Source of the DNA: Candidatus Omnitrophota bacterium
Lineage (GTDB): Bacteria > Omnitrophota > Gorgyraeia > Zapsychrales > Zapsychraceae
Assembly (NCBI GenBank): GCA_029261065.1
Contig: JAJDCB010000004.1
Span: 1 to 56,366, forward strand
Reading direction: 5' to 3'
Length of the DNA: 56,366 nucleotides
Part shown: piece after piece, positions 19,057 through 28,852 of the stretch
How the letters are laid out: every line of letters begins with the position of its first letter
Numbering within the stretch: position 1 is the stretch's first letter
Notes under the pieces: model-generated
The model's input: only the letters and a program-made list of their open reading frames with translations
The model's database searches: none
Told to the model about the DNA's origin: nothing
Program-made: the position numbers and the translations under genes

Positions 19057-19114
19057 TATCCTTACAGGTGGTTTTAAATATAAAGGGAATTAAGTTTTCG
19101 AAAAGAATTATTTT

Positions 19115-19501
19115 TTATTCGACACTTCGCAAATAATTAGTATATTCTTCGGCTGTCAAAAGATTAGAAGATTCTTCCATCTCAGCAATTTGAATCTTAA
19201 CCATCCATCCCTTTTCATAACACGATTTATTGATTAAACCTGGCGTCTCTTCTAACTCTGTATTAACTTCCAAAATCTTTCCAGCCATGGGTAAAAAAAT
19301 ATCGCTAGCCGCTTTAACGGATTCAATAGAGGCAAATTGTTCAAACTGATCAAATTCATCATCTGCACTAGGCAACTCTATAAATGTAATATCTCCCAAA
19401 GCAGACTGCGCATATTCGGATATACCGATTGTCGCTTCATTACCATCAATATTTATCCATTCATGTTCTTTGGTATAAAGAAAATCTGCTTCTACGTCCA
19501 T
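19115..19501 (-). CDS. gcvH: Glycine cleavage system H protein
   Basis: YTKEHEW, ESVKAASD (lipoyl-Lys). Confidence 0.97.
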   Translation of the reverse strand: MDVEADFLYTKEHEWINIDGNEATIGISEYAQSALGDITFIELPSADDEFDQFEQFASIESVKAASDIFLPMAGKILEVNTELEETPGLINKSCYEKGWMVKIQIAEMEESSNLLTAEEYTNYLRSVE

Positions 19502-19552
19502 GCTCCTCTCCTTTTATTTTTTTAATCGTTCAATAAATTTATATTAAATACT

Positions 19553-20653
19553 TTAAGATTTCAATGAATCACTTTTAAAAAATATCTTTCCTGTGATAGT
19601 GGCTTTAAATTGATTTTTTTCATTGCCTATCAATATTCCAGCATCTTTTTCATATTGATCTGTTTGAATATATCCAAGACCTATCCCCGCATTTAACGAA
19701 GGGGAAAATGTACCACTGGTGACACTACCAATTTCTTTTTTTTCTGCATTATATATTTTGTGATCAACTCTTGGTGAACGTCTCGAGCCTGACTTAAATC
19801 CAATTAACTTCTTCTCGACACCATTCTCTTTTTGTTTTACTACAGCCTCTTTACCAATAAAATCTTTTGAAAAGTCTATAAATCGCGTTAATCCCGCCTC
19901 CATGGGAGAAATATCCTCGGTAATTTCATGACCGTACAAACTATAACCAACCTCTATTCTTAAGACGTCTCTCGCCCCTAAACCGGCAGCCTTGACTCTA
20001 TCATTTTCTAATAATTTTTGCCATAAATCTTTTGTTTTTTCCCACGGATAAAATATTTCGTAACCTAACTCTCCAGTGTAACCCGTACGGCTAATAAGCA
20101 CATTCTCACCCAAAAGGTCAAATTGATCAAATTCAAAATAGTTTAATTTCTCAATACCTTCAACAAAACTTTTTAATATATCTCTGGAGGCTGGTCCTTG
20201 AATATCTATTTTTCCCAAATCTTGACTAACATTCTTAAAGCAAACAGGACTTGTTAAATTATTCTTAAAATGTTGGGCATCTTTCTCAGTCGTAGCACCA
20301 TTAACCACAACAAACCACTTCTCCTCTTCCAATCGAAAAACAATAAGATCATCTATCACATGACCATTATCATTTAAAATCATTCCATAACGGCTTGATT
20401 TAAGAGGCATGTCACCAATGGCTTGCGTTAGGATACGATCCAAACCCGTTTCTTTATAATGACCTTCAACTAAAAATTCTCCCATATGAGAAATATCGAA
20501 TAATGCGGCTTCTTGACGTGTAGATTGATGTTCAGAAAGAATGCCTTCGTATTGCACAGGCATTAGCCAACCACCAAATGGAATCATGCGAGCTTTTAAA
20601 GCAATGTGCTCTTCATAGAGAGGAGTTTTTTTAAGAACTTCTGTAGCAGACAT
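19553..20653 (-). CDS. gcvT: Aminomethyltransferase, glycine cleavage T protein
   Basis: FGGWLMPVQY, LFDISHMGE, SRTGYTGELGYE, GLGARD.LR.E.G..LYG. Confidence 0.97.
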   Translation of the reverse strand: MSATEVLKKTPLYEEHIALKARMIPFGGWLMPVQYEGILSEHQSTRQEAALFDISHMGEFLVEGHYKETGLDRILTQAIGDMPLKSSRYGMILNDNGHVIDDLIVFRLEEEKWFVVVNGATTEKDAQHFKNNLTSPVCFKNVSQDLGKIDIQGPASRDILKSFVEGIEKLNYFEFDQFDLLGENVLISRTGYTGELGYEIFYPWEKTKDLWQKLLENDRVKAAGLGARDVLRIEVGYSLYGHEITEDISPMEAGLTRFIDFSKDFIGKEAVVKQKENGVEKKLIGFKSGSRRSPRVDHKIYNAEKKEIGSVTSGTFSPSLNAGIGLGYIQTDQYEKDAGILIGNEKNQFKATITGKIFFKSDSLKS

Positions 20654-20817
20654 AAGAATGATAGAAAGCTAATCGCCATTGGCGAAAAATGTGTATTTTT
20701 CTATTCAGCGAAAAATATTTTTTCAATTAAAGTTGCCCTATCTTATTAAATTCTTTTATCTTTGTAAAGGACATTTCTATCAATCCAAGAGGCTTCCAAT
20801 AAATCAAAGAAAAAAGA

Positions 20818-21372
20818 TTATGTCTTTTTTTTGTTAATTAAGGCGGAAAGTAAATCTGCGGCCGCATCGGTGGAACTAACTTGTGGGGTTTCCTCAACGG
20901 CTTGGGCTTTCTTATACTGATAGGAGACAACCACCTGAAAGATAACTTTGTCACATCGATAAAATCTTTGAACATATTCTTTTTTTTGAGAGGCCTCTAT
21001 AGAAACAGCAACACCAATTCGACTCCCGGGAATGCTAATATCAAATTTACAACCATCGGCATAAAACAAAGTCTTTACGCCACCAGCAATCATATTAGCT
21101 ATTTCACCAAAACCATCTAAAACATCTTCGGACCCTTCATCAACGTCATTTCCTAACATCTTTGAGACAACAGAAACAGCAGAAGAATGATCAGAAAAAA
21201 CTGTTAATTTTCCCGTCAAATCTCCTTTAATTAAAATATTACTACGAATCCCCTCTCCCAAAAGAGCAGAACCATCACTGACAATTTCTGGCTCTAAAGA
21301 GAACATGGAAAAGGCATCAGAAACAGATTTATCTAAATGCGCTAAAACTTTTTGTTTGATATCATCAGGCAT
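20818..21372 (-). CDS. cheX: CheX-family phosphatase-like protein
   Basis: DGFGEIANMIAGGVKT (ExxN motif), FDISIP. Confidence 0.8.
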   Translation of the reverse strand: MPDDIKQKVLAHLDKSVSDAFSMFSLEPEIVSDGSALLGEGIRSNILIKGDLTGKLTVFSDHSSAVSVVSKMLGNDVDEGSEDVLDGFGEIANMIAGGVKTLFYADGCKFDISIPGSRIGVAVSIEASQKKEYVQRFYRCDKVIFQVVVSYQYKKAQAVEETPQVSSTDAAADLLSALINKKKT

Positions 21373-21465
21373 AATTTTTATCGATTTTATAAAAATATAC
21401 TACTAAAAAAAAATTTGCCCGTAAATCATTTTATTAGAAAATTAATAACACACCTCATTCAACAA

Positions 21466-23259
21466 TTAGTTAGAATCTAATAGCTGAAAAATATATTTCT
21501 CAAATTCATCTTTAATTACTGGTTTTAGCATGTACAAATCAGCATTTTGTGAATGTTCTTTACTCTTATTTAGGCTTAGCCTCTGAGAGGTGATCGCCAT
21601 AATCTTTAAACAACTGCACTTCTCATGTGAACGCAGCTTATCAATAAACGCAGAAAAAACCTTTCCTTCCTCAGAGTTACAAATGATCGCATCTGGCACA
21701 CCTTTATGATTATCTAAATATGTACTCATATGTTGTAAAGCAGCCTCTTTGGAATTTAAAGAAGTAATAACGTTTAATCCCATATCTTGACAAAATTCAT
21801 TCATCATATTTAATGATCTAACATTAGAATCAATAAGTATCACTTTTTTATTCCTTATATTAGCATGATCACAAGCCACATCGACTTCATTAGATTTCAT
21901 CAGTTTAATATTAAAGATAAAATCACTCCCTTTTCCAATTTCAGAATGAACTCTTATATTTCCTTTCATCGCTTCAATAAGTCTTCGACAAATCGCTAAT
22001 CCTAACCCTGTTCCTCCAAACTGACGTGTCGTTGAACTATCAGCTTGTGAAAAAGATTCAAATATGACACCCTCCTTATTCTCACTAATACCGATTCCTG
22101 TATCTTTCACAGTAAGAATAAGACTTAGTTCTTCACCTTCACTATTATTATGATCAACAACAACAGCGACACCTATCTCTCCATCTTCTGTAAATTTAAA
22201 AGCATTACTGATTAAATTTAAAAATATCTGTTTTAATCGCGTTGGATCACCTTTCAATTGTTGAGGAACATCTCGAGCTATGTCGATATAGACATCGATA
22301 GGCTTATTTGAAAACTCAGCTTGCACCATTTTAAAGATGTCAAGAATCAGATAAGATAAATTAAAATCGATATGTTCCAATTCGACTTTTCCAGCCTCTA
22401 ACTTACTCAAATCTAAAATGTCATTGATGAGGTTCAATAACATATCACCGCTACTTGATATGGTATAAACATATTCTTTTTGATCCGCATCCAATCCTGT
22501 CGATTTCAATAATTCTGTAAAACCATTAATGGCATTTAAAGGCGTCCTTAATTCATGGCTCATACTAGCTAAAAATAAACTCTTTGCCTGATTCGCTAAA
22601 TTTGCTTCATTCGCCAGCTTTAATACAGTATCCCGTTCTTTTCTTAAATCATGATTGCGCTGTCTTAGATCCTCTTCTCGCCCCTGAAGCAACAAATGCA
22701 AATAACAAATAAAAAAACCAAAAACGTTATAGATTAATACGTTAACAATAAAATCAAACTCTTTTATGGCAATAACATTAACACCTTGCATTCCAACAAT
22801 ATGTACTAAACCCATTGATTGGAGGAAGACGAAAGAGATATAAGAAACGAAGGCTATGTTTGAAAAAAAGAAGGCAGCAAACGGTGAAAAAACAATTCCA
22901 GAATAAATAAACATAATAGGATAAATCAAGAGTATGTAAAAAATATCATGATTTCCCACTATATGAATAGATCCAACCGTTAAGAGAACATCTATTAGTT
23001 GATTAAAGATAAAAAAACGTTGAGGATCCTTTAAACGTTTTAATATAAAATTGTAAGGTTGATTCAACAACATTTGGAGACAAAGAAAAAAAACTAATGT
23101 TGCTGAATGATAGTCAAACCAACCAAATGCTTGACCAAAAAAATATACAACCAGAATAATAAGTGAAGTTAAATAACGAACTTTAACGATCCAATTAAAC
23201 TGATCAAATAGATTTTTACGATTAGATATACGATGCTGGAAAATTGAAAAAAATCTCAT
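21466..23259 (-). CDS. Membrane-bound hybrid sensor histidine kinase with a degenerate receiver domain
   Basis: About six TM segments; H-box FLASMSHELRTPLN; N, G1, F and G2 boxes (DTGIG, GGTGLGL). C-terminal receiver has DAIICN where D..L.D is expected. Confidence 0.93.
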   Translation of the reverse strand: MRFFSIFQHRISNRKNLFDQFNWIVKVRYLTSLIILVVYFFGQAFGWFDYHSATLVFFLCLQMLLNQPYNFILKRLKDPQRFFIFNQLIDVLLTVGSIHIVGNHDIFYILLIYPIMFIYSGIVFSPFAAFFFSNIAFVSYISFVFLQSMGLVHIVGMQGVNVIAIKEFDFIVNVLIYNVFGFFICYLHLLLQGREEDLRQRNHDLRKERDTVLKLANEANLANQAKSLFLASMSHELRTPLNAINGFTELLKSTGLDADQKEYVYTISSSGDMLLNLINDILDLSKLEAGKVELEHIDFNLSYLILDIFKMVQAEFSNKPIDVYIDIARDVPQQLKGDPTRLKQIFLNLISNAFKFTEDGEIGVAVVVDHNNSEGEELSLILTVKDTGIGISENKEGVIFESFSQADSSTTRQFGGTGLGLAICRRLIEAMKGNIRVHSEIGKGSDFIFNIKLMKSNEVDVACDHANIRNKKVILIDSNVRSLNMMNEFCQDMGLNVITSLNSKEAALQHMSTYLDNHKGVPDAIICNSEEGKVFSAFIDKLRSHEKCSCLKIMAITSQRLSLNKSKEHSQNADLYMLKPVIKDEFEKYIFQLLDSN

Positions 23260-24416
23260 GCGTTATTTTGGTAATATCGATCAACGACTGAAGGAATGTC
23301 GACTGTAACATCGCCTAAAGGAAAACAAAAAACGAAATTTGCACCATTTCCGGGAGTAGATCTTACAAGTAAATCACCTTGATGCATTCGAACTATTTTT
23401 TTGGCAATCGATAAACTCAAACCCTGACCAGAATGATGATGCTCGATATCTCCAATAGAAAACTCCTCAAAGATATAATTAAATCTTGAACTATCTAAAC
23501 CTTCCCCCATATCTTTAATACTGAGTAAACAACAATCATCTACTTCCAATAAAGTCAGAGTAATAACTCCATTCACCGGAGAGTATTTAATAGCATTTTC
23601 TAATACAAACCTAAAGGCATTTTCCATAAGATGGAAATCGATCATTAATTTTTGATGGGTTTCTTTAACAAAATTAAACTCAACAGTAGCCTCTAAGGCT
23701 TTGACTTGCAACTTACGAAGAATACTCCCGAGCAAATCACCAATTGAAACAGGTTCCTTGTAAAGCTTAAAATCCTGTTTGAGTTCGCAAAGTAATATAG
23801 CCTTTTGTGAAAATTCCAAAAGCTGTCGACCAGATTCTAAAATAACGTTAATATGAGCTTTTTCACATTCAGATAAAGATTTACTTTGGTTTAAGATTGA
23901 AGCGAAACCAAGAATACCATTTAATGGTGTACGCAATTCATGTGAAATAAGATGAAGCAAAAAACCCTTTAATGAGTTTACTTCTTCTGAAGACTTAAAT
24001 TTAAGAAAAACATTAACCTTGGCACGTAGCTCCTGTTCATCAAAAGGTTTAGTAATATAATCATCAGCTCCCATGTCATAGCCCATTAGGCGTTCATTTA
24101 ACATCGCCTTTGCCGAAACGATAATAGTTTTTATAAATCGAAACTCCTTGTGAGCGCGTATCTTTTTGCAGACTTCATAACCATTCATGTTCGGCATCAT
24201 AATATCAAGGAGAATCACATCTGGCAGAAAAGAAGGAATAACATCCAAAGCCCTTTCTCCAGATTCAACAGTCATTAACTTAACAGAAGGATCTTCATCA
24301 AAAATATTTTCTATAATCCTCAAATTGACTGGTTCATCATCAACGACTAAAACTTTTTTTACAGCTTCATTCATTTTGATACGTTCAAATTTTTGAATAT
24401 TCTCATTATTGTTCAT
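23256..24416 (-). CDS. Cytoplasmic hybrid kinase (receiver + HisKA + HATPase)
   Basis: VLVVDDE, DVILLDIMMP, KPF; SHELRTPLN; NAIKYS; GQGLSL. Confidence 0.93.
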   Translation of the reverse strand: MNNNENIQKFERIKMNEAVKKVLVVDDEPVNLRIIENIFDEDPSVKLMTVESGERALDVIPSFLPDVILLDIMMPNMNGYEVCKKIRAHKEFRFIKTIIVSAKAMLNERLMGYDMGADDYITKPFDEQELRAKVNVFLKFKSSEEVNSLKGFLLHLISHELRTPLNGILGFASILNQSKSLSECEKAHINVILESGRQLLEFSQKAILLCELKQDFKLYKEPVSIGDLLGSILRKLQVKALEATVEFNFVKETHQKLMIDFHLMENAFRFVLENAIKYSPVNGVITLTLLEVDDCCLLSIKDMGEGLDSSRFNYIFEEFSIGDIEHHHSGQGLSLSIAKKIVRMHQGDLLVRSTPGNGANFVFCFPLGDVTVDIPSVVDRYYQNNA

Positions 24417-25620
24417 AGACTATTGAACCTTCTCTTTCTTTGTTTTTCTTTGCTAAAGAGACAAAAAATGTTGCCCCTCCCTCAACATTACTTTCTGCCC
24501 ATATATGCCCGCCATGATCCTCTACAATTCTCTTAGAAATAGCTAACCCTAAACCTACCCCACCGGCGCCGCTATCGGTTTGACTACTTTGTTTAAATTT
24601 CTCAAAAATAACATCTAACTCATCTTGAGGAATTCCCATGCCATTATCTTTAATTTTTAAAACACAATTATTTTCTTTCTCCAATATATCAATTGAAATA
24701 CAACATTCTTCTTTTGTAAATTTAATGGCATTGGAAAGGATATTAATAACAACTTGAATAATCTTATCTTTATCGATATACACATCATTTAAAAATGGAG
24801 GCTGAAGAAGATTAAGTTTAATATTTTTATTCTCTAAAAGCGATTGCATCTCAGCAACCGCTAAGACAACCGTTTCATACAAACTTCTCTGTTGATAATT
24901 ATAAATAACCTTATCAGATTCTAACTGAGAGAAATTCAGAAGATCATTTAACAATCTAAGCAATCTTTCTCCACATGAGTGAATTTCTTGAAAATAACTT
25001 TGTAGTTTTTTCTGATCAACTCTATCAATACGCTCTATGCCAAATTTAGCAAAACTCAAAATGCCATGCATAGGTGTTCGTAATTCATGGCTCATATTGG
25101 CTAAAAACTCCGACTTAGCTTTGTTGGCAGCTTCAGCTTGTAACTTGGATTTTATAGCATCATCCGTACGTTGAAAAACCAATTCTTCTAGATGATCCTT
25201 ATAATGATGTAGTTCATCTAACGCTTTTGCTCTTTCTTTTAGTACAGCAACATAATCCAACGCTTTTTTAACCGTGTGTTGAAAAACAAAAATATCAAAA
25301 GGCTTTTGTATAAAATCAATGGCCCCCTTCTTTAAGGATTCAACGGCTAATTGAACTGTACCTTCAGCGGTCACCATGACGCATTGATAGCCAGAATCCA
25401 ACTTATTAATCTCTTCAAGCGTCATCATCCCATCCATATCCGGCATACGCTGATCCAAAAGAATCAAATCTGGAACATATGTTTTCAATACCTCAAGGGC
25501 TTCAACACCATTAACGGCTTCTTCAATATCATAGCCCTTTAACGCATGTCTCATCAAATTTCGTGTATTTTTATCATCATCTACAATTAGAATTTTTTTC
25601 TCAGACATTGCTTTATTCAC
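24406..25620 (-). CDS. Cytoplasmic hybrid kinase (receiver + HisKA + HATPase)
   Basis: ILIVDDD, DLILLDQRMP, KPF; FLANMSHELRTPMH; NAIKFT; DNGMG; GVGLGL. Confidence 0.93.
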   Translation of the reverse strand: MNKAMSEKKILIVDDDKNTRNLMRHALKGYDIEEAVNGVEALEVLKTYVPDLILLDQRMPDMDGMMTLEEINKLDSGYQCVMVTAEGTVQLAVESLKKGAIDFIQKPFDIFVFQHTVKKALDYVAVLKERAKALDELHHYKDHLEELVFQRTDDAIKSKLQAEAANKAKSEFLANMSHELRTPMHGILSFAKFGIERIDRVDQKKLQSYFQEIHSCGERLLRLLNDLLNFSQLESDKVIYNYQQRSLYETVVLAVAEMQSLLENKNIKLNLLQPPFLNDVYIDKDKIIQVVINILSNAIKFTKEECCISIDILEKENNCVLKIKDNGMGIPQDELDVIFEKFKQSSQTDSGAGGVGLGLAISKRIVEDHGGHIWAESNVEGGATFFVSLAKKNKEREGSIVYEQ

Positions 25621-25858
25621 CCATTTTTTGTTAAAAAACTACAACTATCTTTTTTCTTCCTATATATGACATTTTTCTATCTATATTATTTTCAATGACT
25701 TACAGCAATTTTATGTTTATTATGCCATTAAATATGTGTTTTGCAAAATCTTTTTAATATATTTAATGTAATGATTGAAAATTTCAGTAGATTATGAATA
25801 ACTAAAGGGTGGACCTTGATCTTAGAACGTACATACTAAAAAAAATCAAGATAAGAAA

Positions 25859-25951
25859 TGGCGCGCCTGAGAGGATTCTCCCGCCCTTCTAATCAATTTT
25901 GTTGGCGGGATCCCGCCTTCATTATCTCTTTCAAGATTGGCGGGAGAACCT
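25859..25951 (-). mobile_element. Displaced duplicate of the tRNA-Arg 3' end (att-like), interrupted by a 67-bp palindromic insert
   Basis: Minus strand reads AGGTTC-[67 bp]-GAATCCTCTCAGGCGCG-CCA, identical to the tRNA 3' end. The insert (25879-25945) is two TCCCGCC...GGCGGGA units. Confidence 0.7.
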
Positions 25952-25982
25952 TTTGTTCTCTTCTTTGAATTTGGTTCAAAAA

Positions 25983-26056
25983 CGCGCCTGAGAGGATTCG
26001 AACCTCTGACCCTTGGTTCCGAAGACCAATGCTCTATCCAGCTGAGCTACAGGCGC
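25983..26056 (-). tRNA. tRNA-Arg (anticodon UCG), CCA not encoded
   Basis: GCGCCTG-TAGCTCAGCTGGATAGAGCA-TTGGT-CTTCGGA-ACCAA-GGGTC-AGAGG-TTCGAAT-CCTCT-CAGGCGC-G folds as a canonical cloverleaf. Confidence 0.96.
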
Positions 26057-26076
26057 ATAAGTAGATAAGGACACAA

Positions 26077-26104
26077 ACTATACCATTTTTCCTTTTTTGT
26101 GCAA
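26077..26104 (-). promoter_or_regulatory. Putative sigma70 promoter of the tRNA
   Basis: TTGCAC-N16-TATAGT with an extended -10 TG, 20 nt upstream of the tRNA. Confidence 0.55.
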
Positions 26105-26174
26105 AGTGTTTTCTTTTTTTGAAAAATAACTTATAATATATTTTTAATAACGCAACACCCTCTACCCCTAAACC

Positions 26175-27152
26175 ATGAATACTTTTTTTCAGAATAACAT
26201 CAAACTCTCCGTTATTGTTCCGACCTTTAATGAAGAAAATAACATTAAACCCTTTCTAAACCGCATCATTCCTATCCTTGACAATATCGGCTCCTATGAA
26301 ATTATTTTTTGTCTTGATCCTTGTACCGATCAAACGGAAACCTTGATTGAACGTGAGATTCATCTCAACGATCGCATTGGAATGATCACCTTTAGTCGTC
26401 GATTTGGTCAAGCGGCAGCAACGATTGCTGGAATTTTAAATTGTCGCGGCAACCATTGCGTGGTCATTGATATTGATTTGCAAGATCCTCCCGAATTAAT
26501 ATTAAAGATGTACTCAAAGATTGAAGAAGGCTTTGATGTGGTAGCGGCCAGGCGAAGAACTCGCAAAGGAGAAACCCTCCTTAAACGGATAACCGCATCT
26601 CTTGGTTACAAACTCATAAACAAATTAGCTGAAACACCTGTTCCCAAAAATACCGGAGACTTTCGTATCATCTCAAGACGTGTCATTGAAGAGATGCGTC
26701 ATCTTAAAGAAACTCACGGCTTTCTTCGTGGCCTCGTCCCTCTCATCGGATTTAAACAAACCTTTATTGATTTTGATCGTGACGCAAGAGCGTCGGGAGA
26801 TGGTAATTACAATCGTTTTTTCGGGTCCATCAAAGTAGGGGTTAATGGCCTTGTCTGCTTTTCTAACAAACTTCTCACAATCGCTTCTCTAACGGGATTT
26901 CTAATCACGGGTCTATCACTCTGTTTAACACTCGCTCTCATCGTGACAAAAATATTTTTTAAACAAGCTTACCCCATAGATTTCCCGCTCACAGCAATAC
27001 TCATTTTATTTATAGGCGGCATTCAACTCATAACCATTGGAATTCTAGGGGAATACATCGGACGCATTTATGATGAAGTAAAGGCAAGACCTCAATATAT
27101 CATTGATCGAAAAGTCAATGTCGATGCCGTCTCCTCAAAAATCACCGTTTAA
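26175..27152 (+). CDS. GtrB/ArnC-like GT2 (polyprenyl-phosphate glycosyltransferase)
   Basis: VIVPTFNEE, FSRRFGQ, IDIDLQDPP, TGDFR, two C-terminal TM segments, GILGEYIGRIYDEVKARPQY. Confidence 0.93.
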   Translation: MNTFFQNNIKLSVIVPTFNEENNIKPFLNRIIPILDNIGSYEIIFCLDPCTDQTETLIEREIHLNDRIGMITFSRRFGQAAATIAGILNCRGNHCVVIDIDLQDPPELILKMYSKIEEGFDVVAARRRTRKGETLLKRITASLGYKLINKLAETPVPKNTGDFRIISRRVIEEMRHLKETHGFLRGLVPLIGFKQTFIDFDRDARASGDGNYNRFFGSIKVGVNGLVCFSNKLLTIASLTGFLITGLSLCLTLALIVTKIFFKQAYPIDFPLTAILILFIGGIQLITIGILGEYIGRIYDEVKARPQYIIDRKVNVDAVSSKITV

Positions 27153-27168
27153 TCTCTAATATATTATT

Positions 27169-28125
27169 ATGTCAAAATTTTTCATTACAGGTGGTGCCGG
27201 TTTTATTGGAAGCAATCTTTGTACCCAATTACTTAACGAAAATCATGCCGTTACCGTATATGATAATCTTAGCTTGGGAGAAAAGAAATTCATTGAAATT
27301 CACTTAAACAACCCAAACTTTCAATTCATCCAAAACGATCTTCTTGATTTAGAATCACTTAAAAAATCCATAAAAGATCATGACATTGTTTTTCATTTAG
27401 CGGCCAATTCAGATATTTCGCTGGGACGTGAAGTAACAGACCATGATTTGAAACAAGGAACCCTTTGCACTTACAATGTATTAGAAGCCATGCGTCATTG
27501 TGGTCTTTCAAAAATTATCTTTGCCTCAACCTCAGCCATTTATGGTGAGGCTAAAACATTACCCATCAAAGAAAACTACGGACCTCTCCTTCCTATTTCT
27601 CTTTATGGGGCCAGCAAATTGGCAAGTGAAGGCTTAATCAGCGCCTTTTGTCACAATTATAAGATGCAGTCCTGGATTTATCGATTTGCCAATGTCGTTG
27701 GTCTCAATGGCACACACGGCGCCCTTTTTGATTTTATTAAAAAATTACAACGTGATTCCTCTACTCTTGAAATTTTAGGCGACGGCAAACAAATCAAACC
27801 CTACATTTATGTTGATGATTGTGTGGATGGAATGTTATTTGGTTTAAACAATGCAGAAGAAGAAGTTAATGTTTATAACCTAACATCTCAGGGAAGAACA
27901 TCTGCCCAAGAAATTGCTGATAGCGCCGTCCAAGCGATGAATTTAATTGATGTCACTTATTTTTTTACAGGTGGATCGAGAGGTTGGATGGGTGATGTTG
28001 TGAAAGTGGACTTATGCGGAGAGAAGATGAAACAATTAGGTTGGCAAGCCCAATTTAACTCAGCTGAAGCTATGAGCAAAGCGGCTAAAGTTCTATCAAA
28101 ACAATTAGAAGTGATAAACTCTTAA
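27169..28125 (+). CDS. NAD-dependent epimerase/dehydratase (extended SDR)
   Basis: TGGAGFIG, HLAAN, ASTSAIYG, YGASK. Confidence 0.93.
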   Translation: MSKFFITGGAGFIGSNLCTQLLNENHAVTVYDNLSLGEKKFIEIHLNNPNFQFIQNDLLDLESLKKSIKDHDIVFHLAANSDISLGREVTDHDLKQGTLCTYNVLEAMRHCGLSKIIFASTSAIYGEAKTLPIKENYGPLLPISLYGASKLASEGLISAFCHNYKMQSWIYRFANVVGLNGTHGALFDFIKKLQRDSSTLEILGDGKQIKPYIYVDDCVDGMLFGLNNAEEEVNVYNLTSQGRTSAQEIADSAVQAMNLIDVTYFFTGGSRGWMGDVVKVDLCGEKMKQLGWQAQFNSAEAMSKAAKVLSKQLEVINS

Positions 28126-28129
28126 TATT

Positions 28130-28852
28130 ATGCAAGCAATCATATTAGCCGGTGGTCTAGGAACACGCTTAGGATCCCTCACAAAAAACACTCCCAAACC
28201 TATCGTTTCTGTTTGCAATAAACCTTATCTGTACTATCAACTCACTTATCTTAAACGATTTCAAATCCATAATATTCTTATCCTCACGGGATATTTAGGA
28301 GAACAAATTCAAAACGAATTTAAAGATGGCCGCGCCCTGGATTTAAATATTTCGTATTCCCACGAGAAAGAACCACTTGGAACCGGTGGAGCCCTGATCT
28401 TCGCCCAAGAAAAAATTGAAAATCAATTTTTACTTATTAATGGCGATTCTTTTCTACCCATCGATTATATGGATTTTATCACCACATTTAAGGAATCTCA
28501 AAAATCAGGATTATTATGCGTTTATCAAAATCAAAAAGATAAAGTGATCGTTCCAAGCAATATTAGTTTAGAACCCACAAACCAAATCATCACGGATTAC
28601 TGTAAAAAAACACGAGACGAACACATGCAACATGTTGATGCCGGTGTAGGTTTGTTTGAAAAAAAAGTTCTTAATCTCATTAATGATCAAGAAAAATTTT
28701 CATTTGAAAACGACATCTATCCTTTATTAATAAAAGACAAACAACTAAAAGCCTATCCAACTCAACAACGTTTTTATGATATTGGAACCCCCCAACGTTT
28801 AAAAGAATTTGTAGAATATTTAAAAAATGATTATCTCAAAGACACCATTTAG
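28130..28852 (+). CDS. hddC: Sugar-1-phosphate nucleotidyltransferase, probably heptose-1-phosphate guanylyltransferase
   Basis: ILAGGLGTRL, PKP, EPLGTGGAL, NGDS, FYDIGTP; adjacent to an HddA-like kinase. Confidence 0.75.
   Translation: MQAIILAGGLGTRLGSLTKNTPKPIVSVCNKPYLYYQLTYLKRFQIHNILILTGYLGEQIQNEFKDGRALDLNISYSHEKEPLGTGGALIFAQEKIENQFLLINGDSFLPIDYMDFITTFKESQKSGLLCVYQNQKDKVIVPSNISLEPTNQIITDYCKKTRDEHMQHVDAGVGLFEKKVLNLINDQEKFSFENDIYPLLIKDKQLKAYPTQQRFYDIGTPQRLKEFVEYLKNDYLKDTI

Noticed and set aside
20654-20817. Glycine riboswitch upstream of gcvT
   Set aside because: The region is AT-rich and I found none of the conserved aptamer motifs; only a short tcgcca-t-tggcga palindrome.
20818-25620. 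Kinase cluster as a tRNA-integrated genomic island
   Set aside because: It lies outside the two tRNA 3'-end copies, which are only about 31 bp apart; no integrase or distal att copy was seen.
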